This document shows, piece after piece, positions 59,458 to 64,000 of a DNA stretch of 64,000 nucleotides (the stretch's first letter is position 1; each line of letters begins with the position of its first letter). Both the position numbers and the translations under genes were made by a program. The notes beneath the pieces were generated by a model. The model saw nothing but the letters and a program-made list of their open reading frames with translations, was not told the DNA's origin and made no database searches. This DNA comes from an uncultured Acidobacteriota bacterium (GTDB lineage Bacteria > Acidobacteriota > Thermoanaerobaculia > Multivoradales > UBA5704): positions 4,288,001 to 4,352,000 of the forward strand of contig OY969474.1 of the NCBI GenBank assembly GCA_963700145.1. Reading direction: 5' to 3'.

Positions 59458-62400
59458 TTGGTCAGCAGAAATCACTTCTCGAGCAGCCTCCTGGTGAGCC
59501 TTTGCGCCCTCGGGTTCGCCACCGTCGGCATCCCCGCGGCCCAGGCCGCCTGCCCCGCGAACACCGGAGCGGTCGGCGTTCCCGCCCCGTTCTGGGGGAG
59601 GCTGCAGCCCACCGATGTTGTAAGCGTCCCCGGCGATCGGGACACCACGGAGTACGTCGGCGGCAACCAGACCACCGACTGGAAGCACCCGCTCTTCTCG
59701 TCGCTCGACGTCGAAGGGGGATACGTCTTCACCTCCTACGCCTTCGGCCTCCACGTCTGGGACGCCACCGGCGAGAACGCCGCCGACCCCAAGCTGCGCG
59801 CCACCCGGGACCAGGGGAAAGGGGAGTTCCTCGAGAACATCGGCTACCAGGAGCAGCGCTGGCTGATGTGGGACATCGACGCGCCGCCGGGCAATTCGAA
59901 CCTCGTGGCCCTGTCCGGGATCGCGCCCTTCGGCCTGGCCGTCTGGGACACCACCAACAAGTCGGCCCCGAAGATCCTCTACCAGGACACCGGGCGCACC
60001 GCCTACGGGGTCTTCTCCACCACCCTGGGCGGCCGCCACTACGCCTTCGCCGCCTCCAATGGCGTCGGGGCGCCCCAGCAGGGGCTCCTGATGTACGACC
60101 TCAGCGCCGCCAAGGAGCGCTACGGCTCCGCCGCCGGCTGCAAGGAGGACAGCTCCGCCAGCACCTCGTGCGGCGTCTTCAAACAGCGCCTCGGCCCCGC
60201 GGACGGGTTCCAGTTCGTGGACGGCTTCACCACCGCCGCCGGCCGCACCTTCGTCGTGGCCACCGGCGGCTTCGGCTACTCGGCGGGAGTGAAGCTGTGG
60301 GAGGTGACCAACCCAAGCTCGCCAGTCGACCTTGGCCGCGTCTTCTCGACCCAGGCCTTGCACGGCGTCGCCGCGTGGGAGCAGGGAGGGCGGCAGTTCC
60401 TCGCCGTCCAACAGGTCAACGGCAACGCGCGCATCCACGAGATCACCGGCTGCCTCGACGGGGGCTGCTCGAACCCTCCCCAGCTCTGGGCTTCCGCCTG
60501 GCCCGCTACGCTCAAGCCGTTCGTGCGCTGGCTCACCTATTCGCAGGGCGGCGACGGCACGGGCTACCTGTACGTCGGCACCGAGCACGGGTGCATCGAA
60601 GAGGTGCAGGGCGAGTGGATCTACGACCTTTCGCACCTCACCAGCGGCGGCCCCGAGGAGATCACCCCGCCCCACACCGAGGTGATCGGCGGCAAGCAGG
60701 TCGGCTACTGGAGCCACTACTACCCGACGCGCAGCACGGGCTTCAACCGGGTCCACCCGCGCGTCGGCAAGGTCAACGGCACGCACTTCTACCGCGCCGC
60801 GTGGACGCTGTTCGACGTCCACCAATTGACGGACGTCGACCCGACGATCACGGTCACCGGGCCGGCCAACGGGTACCTCGACACCGCGGCCGCCTTCACG
60901 GCCACCGCGCTCGCCTGCACGCCGGACCCCGGCGGCTGGGGCTGGAGCACGGACGGGGGCACGGGCGCCGGCCTTTCGGCCACGGCGAACCTCACCTGGA
61001 GCGCCCTCGGGACCAAGACGGTGAGCGCCACCAACACGGGCTGCCCCGGCGCCACGGTGGTGCCGGCAGCGATCCAGGTCCTCGACCCGGCGCCGGCGCT
61101 GGCGAATGTTTCGGCCTCGCCGAACCCGGTCCTGGTCTGCCAGACCGTCACCCTGACGGCGAACACCGTCACCGGCAAGCCGCCGCTGACCTATGCGTGG
61201 ACGGTGACAGGACCCGATCCGACACCGGGCTTCACGTCGGCGAACACCAACCCGATCGCCTGGAACATCCCCTCCGACACGCTGCCCGGGACCTACACCG
61301 CGGCGGTCACCATCACCGGCACCGGGCCGCCCGCGGGTGACGACGTCACCGTCGAGGTCCTGGGGCTGCCTGACCTCCAGTTCACCGGCGACGCGAAGCC
61401 GACGGAGCAGAGCGTCGACCACGGCTCCGTCCAACTGACGATCGCCGGCAAGGAGCAGGGCGCGACCGAGTGGATCTGGGACTTCGGTGACGCCGGCGCC
61501 GGCGACTGCGGGGCCGGCTTCACGGAGATCGCTGGCGGCCGTTGCAGCTCGACCAACCCGGCTGTCGGACCGGTCGGGAAGTACGTCTACAAGGCGACCG
61601 GCACCTACGACGTGACCGTCACGATCGACAACTGTGTCGAGGAGCCGATCACCAGCAACGCCGAGCCGGTCATCATCACGCAGGTCGCGCCGCTCCTGAT
61701 CGTCACCTTCCAGGCGGCAGGGGCGAACTGCGTCGGCGGCGCCTGTCTCGTCGACAAGGGGCAGCCGGTCCCCTTCACCGTCGTGACCAGTGGCAATCCG
61801 ACGAGCTGGAGCGTGGTGTGGGGAGACGGCTCGACCAGCTCGGGGCCCGGCTCGCCCGTGGGACTTACCCACACCTACAACACCGTGAGCACGTTCACGC
61901 CCACTCTGACGATCACCCGCGGCAGCGAGTCGAAGGACAAGACGCACCCGAACATCGTGGTCGCCAACCCGTCGCCCCCCTCGATCAACGTCGCGGGGCC
62001 AGCGTCCGGGCAGCCCAACCAGTCCATGACCTTCACCGCCTCGGCCTCCAACTGCTCGGTGGCGGCGAATGGTTGGAGCTGGTCGGTGACCGGAGTGAGC
62101 GTGGCGGACACCGACAACCAGATCAGCGTCTCGTTCCCTTCGGTGGGGAGCAAGACGGTCACGGCGCAGAACAGCGCCTGCGGCAGCACCCAGGGGAGCA
62201 GGAGCGTCTCGATCAGCGAGCCTGGTGGTGGCGGTGGTGGCGGCGGTGGCAGCACCTTGAAAGCCAACTTCACCTTCAGCCCGGCGGCGCCCGCACCGGG
62301 GACGCCGGTGACCTTCGACGCCGGCCCCTCGACGGGTGCGAACCTGGCCTACTACTGGGAGCTCCCGGGCAAGACCGCGATCGAGAAGGTGGTCACGCAC

Positions 62401-64000
62401 ACCTTCACCCAGCCGGGCACCTACCCGGTCAAGCTGAGCGTGTCGCAGCTCGGATGTCTCTCCGCGAGCTGCCCGAGCGACACGATCACGAAGAACGTGA
62501 CCGTTGCCGGTCCGAGCTTCCTGGCCACGTTCAGCACCAGCGTTTCGTGCACCGAGGAGTTCGGGATCGTCTACTGCCCGGTCCAGACGGGCCAGAAGGT
62601 GGACTTCACGGGCACCACCGCGGGAGCCACGCAGCACACGTGGGACTTCGGCGACGGCACCACGGGGACGGGGGCCGCCGTCTCCCATGCCTGGACCGCC
62701 CCGGGGCCGTTCACGATGACCTACACGGCCTCGAACGGTACGACCACCGCGGCGGTCACTCGCAGCATCGTGGTCACCGGCGCCCCGATCCCGAAGAAGA
62801 AGTCCGTCGTCCTGCCCTGGATCGCACAGACGCGCGGCGTCCTCGTGCAGTCGAGCGACCTCTATTTGCACAACCCGGGCGAGGCCGACCTGCCGGTCGT
62901 GGTCACGCTCCGCGAGCGCGGCACCCCGAGCCCCAACCCGGCGACCGCGGCGCTCACCATCAAGCCGCACGAGACGCTGTTCTACGGCGACGTGATCAGC
63001 GAGCTCTTCCACAAGGAGAACGTCACCGGCTTCATCACCGTGGTCACCGAAGGGGACGGCCCGGCGCCGATCATCACCTCCTTCAACAGCACCACCCAGG
63101 ACGGCGGCAAGTTCGGCCAGGCCGTTTCCGGATCCACGGTGAGCGCCGCTACCGAGGCCGCGACTCTGGGCGAGAGGCTCGACCACCTGGTGGGGCTCAA
63201 CGCCACCACCGAGAAGCTGGCCTACGTCGGCGTGAGCAATCCAAACGACGCCCCGGCGACCTACAGGCTGAGGTTCTTCGACAAGCTGGGGCAGAAGGTG
63301 GGCGAGACCGAGGACATCGTGCTGGCGCGCTTCGGCCAGCAGCAGTTCCAGTCCAAGGCGCTCGCCGCCAACTGGGGGATCAACGACCTCGACGACTACC
63401 GCGTCGAGGTGCAGACGGTCGCCGGCGCCCAGCTCTTCCCGTATGGCGCCAACGTGCGCGTGCAGTCTGCCGACCCGTCGTACGTCGGCGGCGCCAAGGC
63501 GAACCAGCCGTTGGTGCACCTGGTGGGCGTCTTCGGCACCAAGGGGCTCAACAACAGCGTCTGGCAGACCGACGTCGTGTTGGGCAACAGCAGCGACCAG
63601 GTGGTGATCACCGACGTCACCTTCCGCGCTGTCGGCACTACGCCGCCGGCCTACGACACGGTACCCGTCACCCTGCAGCCGCGGGAGACCAAGCGGATCG
63701 AGAACGTGCTGCAGACGCTCTGGGGGCTCAGCAATACGGTCGGCGTCCTGACCTTCGAGAGCGACAGCCCGAGCGGGGTCTATCCGACGATCCTCGCCGA
63801 GGTCTACGACAACGCCAACCCCGGCAAGCGGTTCGGCCAGTCGATGGCCGCCCGGGCGCTCGAGGCCGGGGCCGCGGCGGGCCAGTCGCAGCACCTGATC
63901 GGGCTGCGGCAGGAGAGCGGCCAGTACCGCTCGACGGTGTCGCTCTTCAACGCGGGCACCGACTTCGCGCTCTACGACCTGGTCTATCGCGAGCTGGACG
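59458..64000 (+). CDS. Giant secreted PKD-domain surface protein, 3' end outside window
   Basis: Not in ORF track; TTG 59458 after AGGGAGG; signal peptide MVSRNHFSSSLLVSLCALGFATVGIPAAQA, propeller-like N-domain, WDFGD/WGDG PKD motifs, poly-Gly linker; open for more than 1500 codons. Confidence 0.88.
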   Translation, partial: MVSRNHFSSSLLVSLCALGFATVGIPAAQAACPANTGAVGVPAPFWGRLQPTDVVSVPGDRDTTEYVGGNQTTDWKHPLFSSLDVEGGYVFTSYAFGLHVWDATGENAADPKLRATRDQGKGEFLENIGYQEQRWLMWDIDAPPGNSNLVALSGIAPFGLAVWDTTNKSAPKILYQDTGRTAYGVFSTTLGGRHYAFAASNGVGAPQQGLLMYDLSAAKERYGSAAGCKEDSSASTSCGVFKQRLGPADGFQFVDGFTTAAGRTFVVATGGFGYSAGVKLWEVTNPSSPVDLGRVFSTQALHGVAAWEQGGRQFLAVQQVNGNARIHEITGCLDGGCSNPPQLWASAWPATLKPFVRWLTYSQGGDGTGYLYVGTEHGCIEEVQGEWIYDLSHLTSGGPEEITPPHTEVIGGKQVGYWSHYYPTRSTGFNRVHPRVGKVNGTHFYRAAWTLFDVHQLTDVDPTITVTGPANGYLDTAAAFTATALACTPDPGGWGWSTDGGTGAGLSATANLTWSALGTKTVSATNTGCPGATVVPAAIQVLDPAPALANVSASPNPVLVCQTVTLTANTVTGKPPLTYAWTVTGPDPTPGFTSANTNPIAWNIPSDTLPGTYTAAVTITGTGPPAGDDVTVEVLGLPDLQFTGDAKPTEQSVDHGSVQLTIAGKEQGATEWIWDFGDAGAGDCGAGFTEIAGGRCSSTNPAVGPVGKYVYKATGTYDVTVTIDNCVEEPITSNAEPVIITQVAPLLIVTFQAAGANCVGGACLVDKGQPVPFTVVTSGNPTSWSVVWGDGSTSSGPGSPVGLTHTYNTVSTFTPTLTITRGSESKDKTHPNIVVANPSPPSINVAGPASGQPNQSMTFTASASNCSVAANGWSWSVTGVSVADTDNQISVSFPSVGSKTVTAQNSACGSTQGSRSVSISEPGGGGGGGGGSTLKANFTFSPAAPAPGTPVTFDAGPSTGANLAYYWELPGKTAIEKVVTHTFTQPGTYPVKLSVSQLGCLSASCPSDTITKNVTVAGPSFLATFSTSVSCTEEFGIVYCPVQTGQKVDFTGTTAGATQHTWDFGDGTTGTGAAVSHAWTAPGPFTMTYTASNGTTTAAVTRSIVVTGAPIPKKKSVVLPWIAQTRGVLVQSSDLYLHNPGEADLPVVVTLRERGTPSPNPATAALTIKPHETLFYGDVISELFHKENVTGFITVVTEGDGPAPIITSFNSTTQDGGKFGQAVSGSTVSAATEAATLGERLDHLVGLNATTEKLAYVGVSNPNDAPATYRLRFFDKLGQKVGETEDIVLARFGQQQFQSKALAANWGINDLDDYRVEVQTVAGAQLFPYGANVRVQSADPSYVGGAKANQPLVHLVGVFGTKGLNNSVWQTDVVLGNSSDQVVITDVTFRAVGTTPPAYDTVPVTLQPRETKRIENVLQTLWGLSNTVGVLTFESDSPSGVYPTILAEVYDNANPGKRFGQSMAARALEAGAAAGQSQHLIGLRQESGQYRSTVSLFNAGTDFALYDLVYRELD

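Overview
Very GC-rich chromosomal window. Gene content and protein style suggest Acidobacteriota (Thermoanaerobaculia-like); this is inference. The housekeeping and envelope backbone comprises a lipid A modification cluster (ArnT-like, LAB_N, GT2, PagL), waaL-tlyA-nadK-tamB-bamA/tamA, ribBA, pilB, ADP-heptose genes (rfaE1, rfaE2, waaC-like), a MidA/NDUFAF7 methyltransferase ahead of an 11-gene nuoABCDHIJKLMN operon lacking nuoEFG, an ECF sigma/zinc anti-sigma/cysteine-less thioredoxin module, an M23 peptidase and a GHMP kinase. Two accessory patches interrupt it. The first is a toxin-antitoxin patch (12.8-16.7 kb). The second is an ~8.4 kb island (22.4-30.8 kb) between rfaE2 and waaC that carries a 13-unit palindromic 21-bp tandem array, a directly repeated RelE/Phd operon, and a decaying integron-type cassette array with eroded attC sites and no integrase in view. 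The last 16 kb is a cell-surface locus: an XRE-TPR-secreted repeat-protein operon, an orphan Wzm-like permease, DUF1573 and FG-GAP proteins, three tandem near-identical secreted paralogs (each with a related terminator, two sharing a promoter and a 17-nt leader motif), and a giant PKD protein that runs off the window end. No rRNA, tRNA, CRISPR, transposase or integrase was recognised. Family calls come from motif recognition by eye, not database searches.
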